DNA of 61,474 bases from Nemertoderma westbladi (lineage: Eukaryota; Animalia; Xenacoelomorpha), in assembly GCA_032718475.1 (NCBI GenBank), contig JAUCBJ010002882.1:1-61474 (forward strand), read 5' to 3'. This document shows, in pieces, positions 51,023 through 61,148 of this stretch; position 1 is the first letter of the stretch; every line of letters starts with the position of its first letter. Position numbers and translations under genes: made by a program. The notes under the pieces are model-generated. The model did no database searches, had not been told where the DNA came from, and saw only the letters and a list, made by a program, of their open reading frames with translations.

Positions 51023-52284
51023 CTAAACTTTGAATCTAACCACGGATTTTCTCTCTCTGCAACTGCGCCGTAAAATAGGTTTAAGAATCGAACGAGTATT
51101 AACACGTTTTACAGGTGATACTGGATCTGGAGGTGTGAGTATCTCGTGATGTGAAGGAATCGCTGATTCGACTCGGCGACGCAAGAAACGACGGTTGCGG
51201 TGTAATATGCGACCGGATGGGAGTTTGACTTGATAGTCCCGGTGTTGTCCCTTCTCCACTATCACACCAGTCCTCGACCATCGTTTTGACCGTTTGTTTT
51301 GAATAAGGACATTAGTCCCAACCTCAAGTTCTGATAGAGTTCTTGCCGTGCGATCATAACGAAGTTTGGCAAACTTTGACGCCGCCATGCAGTTTCGTCT
51401 GCTTTGTCAGCATTTACCTGCCAATTTTTATCGAAGGCACGGTGGTGCATTGGCACGCTGGATCGCATTGGATGACCATATACGATTTCACTAGGAGAAC
51501 GGCCGTCCTCCCGTGGGGTATTCCTAAGTTCTAATAGTGCTTGGAGGAATTTGTCGGTATCGATTCTTCCAGCATCGGCCTTTCCGACAAGTTGCTTTAA
51601 TATCCGCACCGTTACTTCGGCGTGGCCATTTGATTGACTATATTCGGGAGAGGATAGTACCAATTCCACATTCCAACGTGAAAGAAAATCCTGGAAAACT
51701 TTCGAGTCAAATTGAGGCCCGCCATCTGTCCGTATACGGACAGGTACTCCCGTTAATATAAAATAATCACGAATCTTCGTCACAACCTGCGAAGAAGTAG
51801 GATCATCACGCCATTGCGTGACAAATGGAAAGCCTGATAGCCTGTCGACATAGGCTAGATACGTTTTACCCCCGAAGTAAAATAGATCCGCTGAAACGGA
51901 CTCAAAAATTCTGGAGGGGATAGGCTCTGATACTAAGGGCTCTTTGATGTTGCTAGGCAACCAATATTGACAATTTTCACATGATTCTACAGTTTGTTTG
52001 ATTTCATTATCAATTCCGGGCCAATAAACCGATTGTCGCGCCCGTCGTTTCGTACGCTCTATTCCCTGATGAGAGGAATGTAGGCGTTTCAAAACATCAG
52101 CCCTAGCAGCCTTTGGAATTATTATACGTTGACCTTTAAGGACCAGGCCGTCCTCAACTGATAACTCACTCCACATTTTTTTTACTTGCTGCACGAAACA
52201 ATTATCACTTTCAGGTGTTTGAAAATCTTTCTCAATCGCATTTATCAATACTTGATAATCACTATCCTCTCTAGCAACAATCTT
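51023..52284 (-). pseudogene. Integrase fragment with a 1-nt frameshift near 51383
   Basis: ...DETAWR then a frame change to ASKFAKLRYDR...; element 1 reads DEVAWRASKTAQLYYDR without a break. Confidence 0.88.
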
Positions 52285-52286
52285 TA

Positions 52287-52628
52287 CAGTCCCAATACCA
52301 ATAAACATTAACTTGGTCGTTTTGGCGGCCAAAATGACCAAAATCACCAAAAAAAATGTAGTGTATTCCTATGGGCTACTTGGTCGTTTTGGCGAAGCGA
52401 TTTAACTCGAATCAGCTCAATCCAGACAGTATGTCTCCTTGGCCATCCATTTGGTGGATCTGACTAAATGTCGGCTCGCTTTCATTTTTATTATTGACAG
52501 ATTGTTAACTTACCCGGCGCTGAGCCTTGCAGTACTGGAGTCAACCCACTGAGGCATTGATAGAGTACACAGTCTTATAAAAGGAGTTGAATGGGGCTTC
52601 GTTAAAGGAGGAGTTATCGTAAGGAGGA
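52287..52628. other. Unassigned segment, possible end of a TA-inserting non-autonomous DNA transposon
   Basis: Integrase homology stops abruptly at TA|CAGTCCC. A near-perfect palindrome TTGGTCGTTTTGGC-G-GCCAAAATGACCAA and a second ACTTGGTCGTTTTGGCG follow. The other end is not in the window. Confidence 0.3.
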
Positions 52629-54625
52629 GACGTCCCGAAATTAATTTATGGACGTCCCGAAATTAACTATATGGACGCCCCGAAATTAACTTATGGACGT
52701 CCCGAAATTAACTTATGGACGTCCCGAAATTAACTTATGGACGTCCCGAAATTAATTTATGGACGTCCCGAAATTAACTTATGGACGTCCCGAAATTAAC
52801 TTATGGACGTCCCGAAATTAATTTATGGACGTCCCGAAATTAACTTATGGACGTCCCGAAATTAACTTATGGACGTCCCGAAATTAATTTATGGACGTCC
52901 CGAAATTAATTTATGGACGTCCCGAAATTAACTATATGGACGCCCCGAAATTAACTTATGGACGTCCCGAAATTAACTATATGGACGCCCCGAAATTAAC
53001 TTATGGACGTCCCGAAATTAACTTATGGACGTCCCGAAATTAATTTATGGACGTCCCGAAATTAACTTATGGACGTCCCGAAATTAACTTATGGACGTCC
53101 CGAAATTAATTTATGGACGTCCCGAAATTAATTTATGGACGTCCCGAAATTAACTATATGGACGCCCCGAAATTAACTTATGGACGTCCCGAAATTAACT
53201 TATGGACGTCCCGAAATGAACTTATGGACGTCCCGAAATTAATTTATGGACGTCCCGAAATTAACTTATGGACGTCCCGAAATTAACTTATGGACGTCCC
53301 GAAATTAATTTATGGACGTCCCGAAATTAATTTATGGACGTCCCGAAATTAACTATATGGACGCCCCGAAATTAACTTATGGACGTCCCGAAATTAACTT
53401 ATGGACGTCCCGAAATTAATTTATGGACGTCCCGAAATTAACTTATGGACGTCCCGAAATTAACTTATGGACGTCCCGAAATTAATTTATGGACGTCCCG
53501 AAATTAACTTATGGACGTCCCGAAATTAACTTATGGACGTCCCGAAATTAATTTATGGACGTCCCGAAATTAACTATATGGACGCCCCGAAATTAACTTA
53601 TGGACGTCCCGAAATTAACTTATGGACGTCCCGAAATTAATTTATGGACGTCCCGAAATTAACTTATGGACGTCCCGAAATTAATTTATGGACGTCCCGA
53701 AATTAATTTATGGACGTCCCGAAATTAACTATATGGACGCCCCGAAATTAACTTATGGACGTCCCGAAATTAACTTATGGACGTCCCGAAATTAACTTAT
53801 GGACGTCCCGAAATTAATTTATGGACGTCCCGAAATTAACTTATGGACGTCCCGAAATTAACTTATGGACGTCCCGAAATTAATTTATGGACGTCCCGAA
53901 ATTAACTTATGGACGTCCCGAAATTAACTTATGGACGTCCCGAAATTAATTTATGGACGTCCCGAAATTAACTTATGGACGTCCCGAAATTAACTTATGG
54001 ACGTCCCGAAATTAATTTATGGACGTCCCGAAATTAACTTATGGACGTCCCGAAATTAATTTATGGACGTCCCGAAATTAACTTATGGACGTCCCGAAAT
54101 TAATTTATGGACGTCCCGAAATTAATTTATGGACGTCCCGAAATTAACTTATGGACGTCCCGAAATTAACTTATGGACGTCCCGAAATTAATTTATGGAC
54201 GTCCCGAAATTAATTTATGGACGTCCCGAAATTAACTATATGGACGCCCCGAAATTAACTTATGGACGTCCCGAAATTAACTTATGGACGTCCCGAAATT
54301 AACTTATGGACGTCCCGAAATTAATTTATGGACGTCCCGAAATTAATTTATGGACGTCCCGAAATTAATTTATGGACGTCCCGAAATTAACTTATGGACG
54401 TCCCGAAATTAACTTATGGACGTCCCGAAATTAACTTATGGACGTCCCGAAATTAACTTATGGACGTCCCGAAATTAACTTATGGACGTCCCGAAATTAA
54501 CTTATGGACGTCCCGAAATTAACTTATGGACGTCCCGAAATTAACTTATGGACGTCCCGAAATTAACTTATGGACGTCCCGAAATTAACTTATGGATGTC
54601 CCGAAATTAATTTATGGACGTCCCG
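52629..54625 (+). repeat. 22-bp tandem array (~90 monomers)
   Basis: Consensus GGACGTCCCGAAATTAA(C/T)TTAT, with a recurrent 23-bp variant ...AACTATATGGACGCCCCG. Confidence 0.99.
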
Positions 54626-54951
54626 TGTATAATACGTTATCCATTTATGTAATGTGATTTACAACACTGTAATACAATGCTTTGTGTTTTTCCCATTCGG
54701 TGCAGTTTATTGCTGTTAGTAGCTTTCAGCTATTACATAGGCCTAGCGTACCGTGCAGCACTTGCATATTTTAAGTTACTATTACTAAATATAAGGTGGT
54801 GGGTTCGACAAGAAGGGTATTGTATCGGCTGATAATGCAATATTAATAATTAAATATTCCTATTATTAACCAACTATGTCTGCGCTTTATATTTGGCCTT
54901 GTATATAGTACGCCTTGATTGCAAAACCCTATTAATGATTAAAGTCTTACA
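54626..54951 (+). repeat. 5' LTR of BEL/Pao element
   Basis: Matches 61149-61474 with one visible mismatch (G54816 vs T61339). Confidence 0.97.
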
Positions 54952-54968
54952 CAATCTTCGAACCGGAT
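54952..54968 (+). promoter_or_regulatory. Atypical primer-binding site (tRNA-Tyr-like, lacking TGG)
   Basis: CAATCTTCGAACCGGAT compared with the tRNA-Tyr-type BEL PBS TGGTCCTTCGA(G/A)CCGGAT, recalled from memory. Confidence 0.6.
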
Positions 54969-55334
54969 AAAGGACGTTGTTTCTTTGGTACATTCTGCTG
55001 TTCTACCAGCTGTTGGTACACTAATCGCCTATCTGCCTATCAATACTGCAATATCAGAATATGAATGAGTGTTGTTACTTCTTGGTTTATATTTAACCTA
55101 ACCTAATTGCCTAACACAAATAATAAAGCCTAGTCTACCTGCATACCTGTTTCGGTACGCCATTTCAGCCTTTGTTGCAACTCTTCTACCGGTTGACCGG
55201 TCATTAGCCAGAACCGAGACCACTATTCCTGCAGATAATTTGGGCCTGTCTGCCTGTTCAACTGTTGCCTATATTAATTCAGTACCGGTATTTAAAAGGA
55301 CCACCCTTCAGCCCTTCTGCTGTATCAGTACACA

Positions 55335-55500
55335 TACCTGTTGCCGTGGGGGCCATACTGTGCCTGTCTAGGAGCCAGCCCGTTTACATTATTATATTAT
55401 TTTGCATACCTCTGTACCTGTTGCCGTGGGGGCCATACTGTGCCTGTCTAGGAGCCAGCCCGTTTACATTATTATATTATTTTGCATACCTCTGTACCTG
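55335..55500 (+). repeat. Exact 80-bp tandem duplication in the BEL 5' UTR
   Basis: TTGCCGTGGGGGCCATACTG... starts at both 55341 and 55421. Confidence 0.97.
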
Positions 55501-55728
55501 TATGTATACAGGCTGACAGGTACCGGTACCAACAATATATTTATCAACCTGTACCGTACCGGTTTTACTGGCCTACATGTGGATGTTTTGATAGCTGGAA
55601 GGACCGCAACCTGTACATTGTGGATAGGCCTATGAGTATACATATTTCTCCATTTCGATATACCTATTCAGTTGGGCTATTCATGCTATTTGCTTAGTCG
55701 AATTTGTTTAATAATATAATATATAAAT

Positions 55729-58700
55729 ATGGAAGTAGATGAAATAAAAGGTCGACGCACTGCAGAGAGAGGTAAGTCTACCAAATTAATAGCAGATTTG
55801 GAGCACTTTAGAAATATGAATGAAAATGAAGTAGAATCAGATGAATTTGCTTATTATATAGATTTAGCTGACCAGCAATACCAGATATTAAATCAACTAG
55901 ACTCAGAACTTATTGAGTTGGGTTACAAAGATACAAGTAAATCAACCCATAACCAGGATTTATATAAAGTTATTTTTAAGTGCCGTCGAATGTTGTCACG
56001 TGTTGACAATAAACCATTTCTGGCTGCTCAGTCATGCCATGAGAGTGAAGAGAGCTCCTCATCTAGATTTAAAAATCCAACCAATGGTTTACCTAAAATA
56101 ACCTTACCTACTTTTAATGGGGAATTTTTATGCTGGAGGCCCTTTTGGGATCAGTTTAAAGCTTTAATTCACACTCGAGAAGGGTTGGATGATATACAAA
56201 AGTTTGTATATCTTCGCAGTAGTTTAGATAAATCAGTTTTGGAATCTTTATCAGGCCTTGCAGTTTCATCTACTAATTATGAAGCAGCTATTAACATTCT
56301 AAAAAGGCGTTATGGGAACCCTAACCTGTTAATTGGTTTATATGCCAGTAAGCTGTGTGCATTACCTTCTATTAAAGAAAATGATTTAAATGGGTTTCGA
56401 AAAATTATGGATACATTTGAATCATCCCTTCGGGAAATTCGCCAATTGGCCACTGAAATTTTTACTTCACCAGGAGAACCAGCAGCAGAAGCTGTCACTA
56501 TTGAGGCCTCTAATGATTTAGCCTCCTTATTGTTAGCACCATTACTTCTCCAAAAATTTCCTAGTGAAGTGGTATTGGTGTGGAATCGTATGCATTCTCA
56601 TGAGAGATTTAATTTAAAGGCTTTATTAGAGTTTGTGCGACAGGAGTTGGAGTTCCGTGAATCACTTGCTTTTAATATCAAGAGCTGTAACAGTGAGTCA
56701 TCTACTGTGCCTTACTACCATAGGCCTAAGAGTTCCACTGCATCTGCATCTGCCTTACCAATATCAGATGTTTCTGGTAGGAAACCTATTACAGGATGTC
56801 CAGCTTGTCATTCTCAAGACCCAATGCATAAACTTAGAACTTGCCCTAATTTTATTTCCCGTGAACCATTTCAGAGAGCCAAACTTGTACAATCTTCTAA
56901 TTTATGTAAAAATTGTACAGGTCCGCATCGATTCAATGAATGCCCATCCAGTACAAATTGCTTTAAATGTAATGGCCGACATAATACTCTGCTATGCTAC
57001 AATAAGTTCCCCAGGACTTCTCAAAATTCCTGGCCAACTAATTCAAAGGGTGTAAATGGAAGTAAGCCTTTAAGTCACACATCCAATCCCTTTCGACCAT
57101 CAAATCCCTTCACTCACTCAACTAATACAACTAACTCAGAAATGACCAAATCTGCAGTTGGTAATAACCAAAGTAACCGTCAAAGTATGCAACCCTCAAA
57201 TACATTATCTGTTAGTAATGTGATGCAGTCTAATGCAGATGGTATTATTTTTGTTAAGTTAGCCAAGGCATATATAACCTCTCCTGATCATTCTATTGGG
57301 AAGTGGGTTCATATCTATTTAGATGATGGGTCAAAACGATCCTATATCCAATCCAGTTTAGCTGCAGACTTATTTCTTCCTTCTTTAGAATCATCAATAC
57401 TAACAACTGGGTCATTTGGAAACAATATTTCCACCATTGAATCAAACCATGTTAGTTTCAAGCTTTTCAGCCAGTATCATGAACAACCAATATGTCTAAG
57501 TGCATGGACTACTAATAAACTCTGTCCGACAATGAGACAAGAGAAGGTTATTAAATTCCCTCACCATCTTACCAATATTGCAAACTTTGCTGATGATTTT
57601 GATGGAGGTGAGAGGGATATTTCCATACTTATAGGAGCTGATCAGATCTGGTCCGTTACTGGTGAAGCCTATAAGTATCCGAAATGTCCAACAGTTGTTG
57701 AAACATTTTTTGGCACAGTTCTTTCTGGTCCATTCTTTGGTTCTGTTTCTAATATTAACAGCATTTCTCCATCTTTGTTAATAACTGAACCAAGCAATGT
57801 GACACAACCTTGGAACCTGGAGTCAGTCACTCAACTTTGGAATCTGGAGTCAGTTGGAATTAAAGAACAGGAAGTTAACTGTGCACCTTATCCTCCACCT
57901 GTGGTCTCTACTGAGAACCCTCCACATTATCAAGTAAGATTACCATTTAAGTGTAATAAACGACCATCCTCTAATTATAACAGGGTAATGCCACAACAAA
58001 AGAAAATGTTATTATCTCTTTCTTCCAATGAATGTAGTATTTATACTGAAAAGTTTGCCAAGCTTATTTCCCAAAATATAATTGAACCAGCAGCAACAGA
58101 TAATGATGTCGGATTTTTCCTTCCACACCATTTAGTTTTCAGTTCAAATAAGTACCGTATAGTGTTTAACGGATCAGCGTGTAATTTTGAAGGTGAAAGT
58201 ATAAACTCGTGCCTAGACCCTGGTCCAAATCTCCTAGCATCAATGGTTGATGTTCTGTTACGAGTTCGATTGCATCCTTATATGGTAGTTGCTGATATTG
58301 AGGCAGCCTTTCATCAGGTCGAAATCCATCAGGATGATAGACAGTGGGTTAAATTAATGTGGAATGGTAAAGCCTATCAATTTAAATATTTACCCTTTGG
58401 TATAGCACCTAGTTCTTTTTTATTACATTCCACTGTTTTATTTCATGTCTTAGAACAAGATCAACCAGATTTTCAGAACCGTTTTATTGAGTCTATATAT
58501 TGTGATGATGTACTTTATAGTCATGATAATCAGTTACAGGCTGAAAACTTCCTAAGAAATGCTATTTCTATGTTGGCAAATGCTGGAATGAACCTTAAAC
58601 CAGTCACTAACCCTAAAAAATTATTAGGTGTATCATGGGATTCAACCCAAGATGTAATATTTGTTGACACATCTCATCTGAAATTACCTACTAGCTTTAC

Positions 58701-61056
58701 CCGCCGAGAGTTGGTAAAGATGTCTGCTCAGGTATTTGATCCACTTGGGTTATTATGTGCTTGGACGATAGTGATTCGTCTAATTCTTCAGAAGTCATGG
58801 GAATCTGGGGAAGGATGGAATGCGACAGTTTCAGAGCCTCTGCAATGTCAATGGTCAAAGTGGTTGTCAGAGGCTGGAATGGTAATATATTTCCCACGCT
58901 GTGTCTACTTTTCTCAGGATTGTTCCATACACATATTCTGCGATGCTTCTTCTTCTGCCTATGCATTTTTGGCCTATATAGCTCACCCCAATAGAGTACC
59001 AATATTGTTCTATGGGAAATCTAGAGCTGCCCCACGCAAACCAGGTCTTTCAACACCCCGCCTTGAGCTTATGGCTTGCCTACTGGGTAGTCGATTTGCC
59101 AACCATATTAATAAGGAGATATGTAAGCCTTATAGAATGCATCTATGGACTGATTCACTTTGTGCCTTATTCTGGATTCGCAAAGGTTCAGCCAAAAAGG
59201 ATATTTTTGTAAATAATAGACTCTCTGAAATAAACCAAAATACAGAATCAGCAATGTGGCGTTATGTTTCCACAACCCAAAATCCCGCAGATATTCCTTC
59301 GCGTGGGTGTAGCCTATCTAGGTTGGCAGTAAATTACTTATATTTGAATGGACCTGAGTTTCTCAGATATCCAGAGTCATCATGGCCAATTGAGCCTACA
59401 CCCCCTCCTCAACTTTTAACCATTGAAGCCATAGAACCATTGTCAGACTGTTCTTTACTGAAGCTAGAGGATTATTCAAACATTAATAAACCTGTTAGGA
59501 TATTAGCCTGGATATTCCGATTTGTACATAATATAAAGAATCCAAAATCAATGACAAAGGGATCTTTGTCTGGTTCTGAACATAGTTATTCATTGAACTA
59601 CCTTATTTCGATAGAACAACATCGCCATTATGTAAAAGAAATCAAGTCACTGAAGTCTAATTCGAACAATTTAAGTCAGAGCTCCTCCATTTGGCGCCTT
59701 CATCCAGTAGTTATGAATAATTTACTTATGATGAAGCCTCGTACCAATGAGCCTCCACTTCCTATACTTCCTTGTAGAAGTTACCTAACTAAACTTATTG
59801 TATATGATATTCATAGTTGTATTATGCATCAAGGTGCTGAAGCAACCTTAGCTCAGGTTAGAAGAAAATATTGGATACCTCATGGAAGGTCGTTGGTACG
59901 TCAATTGATTTATAATTGCAAACCTTGTCTTCGTTACCGAGCTCAACCTTATGATACTTCAGAATCATATCTTCAGCCATTTAGAAGTCAACCAATAGCG
60001 CCATTTACTAAATCTGGACTTGACTTTTTTGGACCCTTGTATTTAGAAAATAACACTAAGGTTCAGTGTTTATTGTTTACATGTGCAGCTACAAGAGCTG
60101 TACATCTTGAGTTGGTTGATGATGGTTCCGCAGCCAATACACATCTTACTATACGAAAATTCTTAGCCCGATGTATACCACCTTTGTATCCTGTTGAGTT
60201 ATACTCAGATAATGCTCGAACATTCACCAAATTGTCAACTATGAGATTCCCAAGTCACCTTGTTACATGGAAATTCATACCAGCAAGATCCCCACATTGG
60301 GGTGGGTGGTGGGAGCGCCTAGTTCGACTAGCCAAAACATGTTTGCGAATATCGTGTCATGGTCGTAAGTTTACGAGATCCCAGTTGGAAGCAGCTCTAG
60401 TAGAGTCTGCAGCTGTAATGAATTTGCGTCCTTTAACTGCTTCTTCTGACGACCCAAATGATTCATCAGCTATAAGCCCTAGTGACTTTTTATATGGATC
60501 TCCACCTACTGATAATGTTTTTGATTACTTTGCTGTTGATTCTAAAGTTATTCGTAACAAACTTCTACTTCGTGATAGATTTGCCAGAATATTCTGGAAA
60601 CACTGGCATGAACGATACCTTGCGTCATTACGTACATGGAGAACTGTTGGCAGTGATCCAAAGCGTGTGCCCTCGGTTGGAGATCTTGTATTAGTCAAGG
60701 AGAAGGCTCCACGAGGACAATGGCCATTAGCACGCGTTACACATTTATTCTTAAGTCGAGATAGTTCACCACGTGCAGTTGAAATTAAACTACGTGGCCG
60801 TACAACAACGCGCTCATCTCATTTGTTGATCCCTCTAGAGAGTGACCCTGGATATACTGATAGAGTTGGGGGGTCAACCATGCCTAGCTCGACCAAGGAT
60901 AGTAATAAACAATCTAGTAGTCGTGGGGGCAAAGACACTTTACGAAAGAATGTCTCCACAACAACTGTAGTAACCCCACAACCAATACCTACACCTGTAT
61001 ACACCACCTTAAAAGGTCGCGTTATTAGGAAACCTCAGAAACTGGGAATACCCTAA
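55729..61056 (+). CDS. BEL/Pao Gag-Pol polyprotein (1775 aa)
   Basis: BEL Gag motif LPKITLPTFNG...WRPFWDQF; three Cys/His knuckles (CPAC..H..C, CKNC..H..C, CFKCNGRHNTLLC); protease LDDGS; RT ADIEAAFHQ, LPFG, YCDD; VFDPLG; RNase H FCDAS, PRLEL, WTDS, NPAD; integrase GLDFFGP, SDNA, WGGWWERLV. Confidence 0.97.
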   Translation: MEVDEIKGRRTAERGKSTKLIADLEHFRNMNENEVESDEFAYYIDLADQQYQILNQLDSELIELGYKDTSKSTHNQDLYKVIFKCRRMLSRVDNKPFLAAQSCHESEESSSSRFKNPTNGLPKITLPTFNGEFLCWRPFWDQFKALIHTREGLDDIQKFVYLRSSLDKSVLESLSGLAVSSTNYEAAINILKRRYGNPNLLIGLYASKLCALPSIKENDLNGFRKIMDTFESSLREIRQLATEIFTSPGEPAAEAVTIEASNDLASLLLAPLLLQKFPSEVVLVWNRMHSHERFNLKALLEFVRQELEFRESLAFNIKSCNSESSTVPYYHRPKSSTASASALPISDVSGRKPITGCPACHSQDPMHKLRTCPNFISREPFQRAKLVQSSNLCKNCTGPHRFNECPSSTNCFKCNGRHNTLLCYNKFPRTSQNSWPTNSKGVNGSKPLSHTSNPFRPSNPFTHSTNTTNSEMTKSAVGNNQSNRQSMQPSNTLSVSNVMQSNADGIIFVKLAKAYITSPDHSIGKWVHIYLDDGSKRSYIQSSLAADLFLPSLESSILTTGSFGNNISTIESNHVSFKLFSQYHEQPICLSAWTTNKLCPTMRQEKVIKFPHHLTNIANFADDFDGGERDISILIGADQIWSVTGEAYKYPKCPTVVETFFGTVLSGPFFGSVSNINSISPSLLITEPSNVTQPWNLESVTQLWNLESVGIKEQEVNCAPYPPPVVSTENPPHYQVRLPFKCNKRPSSNYNRVMPQQKKMLLSLSSNECSIYTEKFAKLISQNIIEPAATDNDVGFFLPHHLVFSSNKYRIVFNGSACNFEGESINSCLDPGPNLLASMVDVLLRVRLHPYMVVADIEAAFHQVEIHQDDRQWVKLMWNGKAYQFKYLPFGIAPSSFLLHSTVLFHVLEQDQPDFQNRFIESIYCDDVLYSHDNQLQAENFLRNAISMLANAGMNLKPVTNPKKLLGVSWDSTQDVIFVDTSHLKLPTSFTRRELVKMSAQVFDPLGLLCAWTIVIRLILQKSWESGEGWNATVSEPLQCQWSKWLSEAGMVIYFPRCVYFSQDCSIHIFCDASSSAYAFLAYIAHPNRVPILFYGKSRAAPRKPGLSTPRLELMACLLGSRFANHINKEICKPYRMHLWTDSLCALFWIRKGSAKKDIFVNNRLSEINQNTESAMWRYVSTTQNPADIPSRGCSLSRLAVNYLYLNGPEFLRYPESSWPIEPTPPPQLLTIEAIEPLSDCSLLKLEDYSNINKPVRILAWIFRFVHNIKNPKSMTKGSLSGSEHSYSLNYLISIEQHRHYVKEIKSLKSNSNNLSQSSSIWRLHPVVMNNLLMMKPRTNEPPLPILPCRSYLTKLIVYDIHSCIMHQGAEATLAQVRRKYWIPHGRSLVRQLIYNCKPCLRYRAQPYDTSESYLQPFRSQPIAPFTKSGLDFFGPLYLENNTKVQCLLFTCAATRAVHLELVDDGSAANTHLTIRKFLARCIPPLYPVELYSDNARTFTKLSTMRFPSHLVTWKFIPARSPHWGGWWERLVRLAKTCLRISCHGRKFTRSQLEAALVESAAVMNLRPLTASSDDPNDSSAISPSDFLYGSPPTDNVFDYFAVDSKVIRNKLLLRDRFARIFWKHWHERYLASLRTWRTVGSDPKRVPSVGDLVLVKEKAPRGQWPLARVTHLFLSRDSSPRAVEIKLRGRTTTRSSHLLIPLESDPGYTDRVGGSTMPSSTKDSNKQSSSRGGKDTLRKNVSTTTVVTPQPIPTPVYTTLKGRVIRKPQKLGIP

Positions 61057-61141
61057 GATGGAAAACAAACTTTTTATAACAAGAAATTTTTTATCCTTAG
61101 ATTGAAAGAAACTTTATATCGCAATAAATTTTTTGCGACGT

Positions 61142-61148
61142 GGGGGGA
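61142..61148 (+). promoter_or_regulatory. Polypurine tract GGGGGGA
   Basis: Directly precedes the 3' LTR. Confidence 0.85.

Larger units (their letters stand above)
50800..52286 (-). mobile_element. 3' fragment of a second Mag-like Ty3/Gypsy element (integrase, PPT, 3' LTR)
   Basis: Integrase aligns with element 1 (LHSSHQGIERTKRRARQSVYWPGI, CENC, SADLF, RTDGG, NGHAE). PPT AGAAAGAAAAGAAGG at 50993-50979, then an LTR starting TGATGGGATCTGTACTG at 50978. Confidence 0.92.

Noticed and set aside
52390-52480. tRNA-derived SINE head (A-box-like TGGCGAAGCG)
   Set aside because: No convincing B-box at the right spacing, no tail and no TSD.
52480-52624. Plus-strand exon after the acceptor-like TTTCATTTTTATTATTGACAG
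   Set aside because: All three frames hit stops before the next donor-like GTAAGG; the AACTTACC word is not followed by U1 snRNA sequence either.
5321-54625. CRISPR arrays
   Set aside because: Monomers are contiguous with no unique spacers, there are no cas genes, and the context is eukaryotic.
54797-54815. Pol III B-box or tRNA remnant (GGTTCGA) in the BEL LTR
   Set aside because: Does not complete GTTCRANNC, and there is no A-box or cloverleaf.
57316-57333. Inactivated BEL protease (LDDGS rather than D[S/T]G)
   Set aside because: The catalytic Asp and Gly are present, and the middle residue is variable in BEL/Pao proteases.
14295-61007. Short ORFs overlapping the Mag, LINE and BEL coding regions on other frames or strands
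   Set aside because: No recognisable motifs; expected shadows of long coding sequences.
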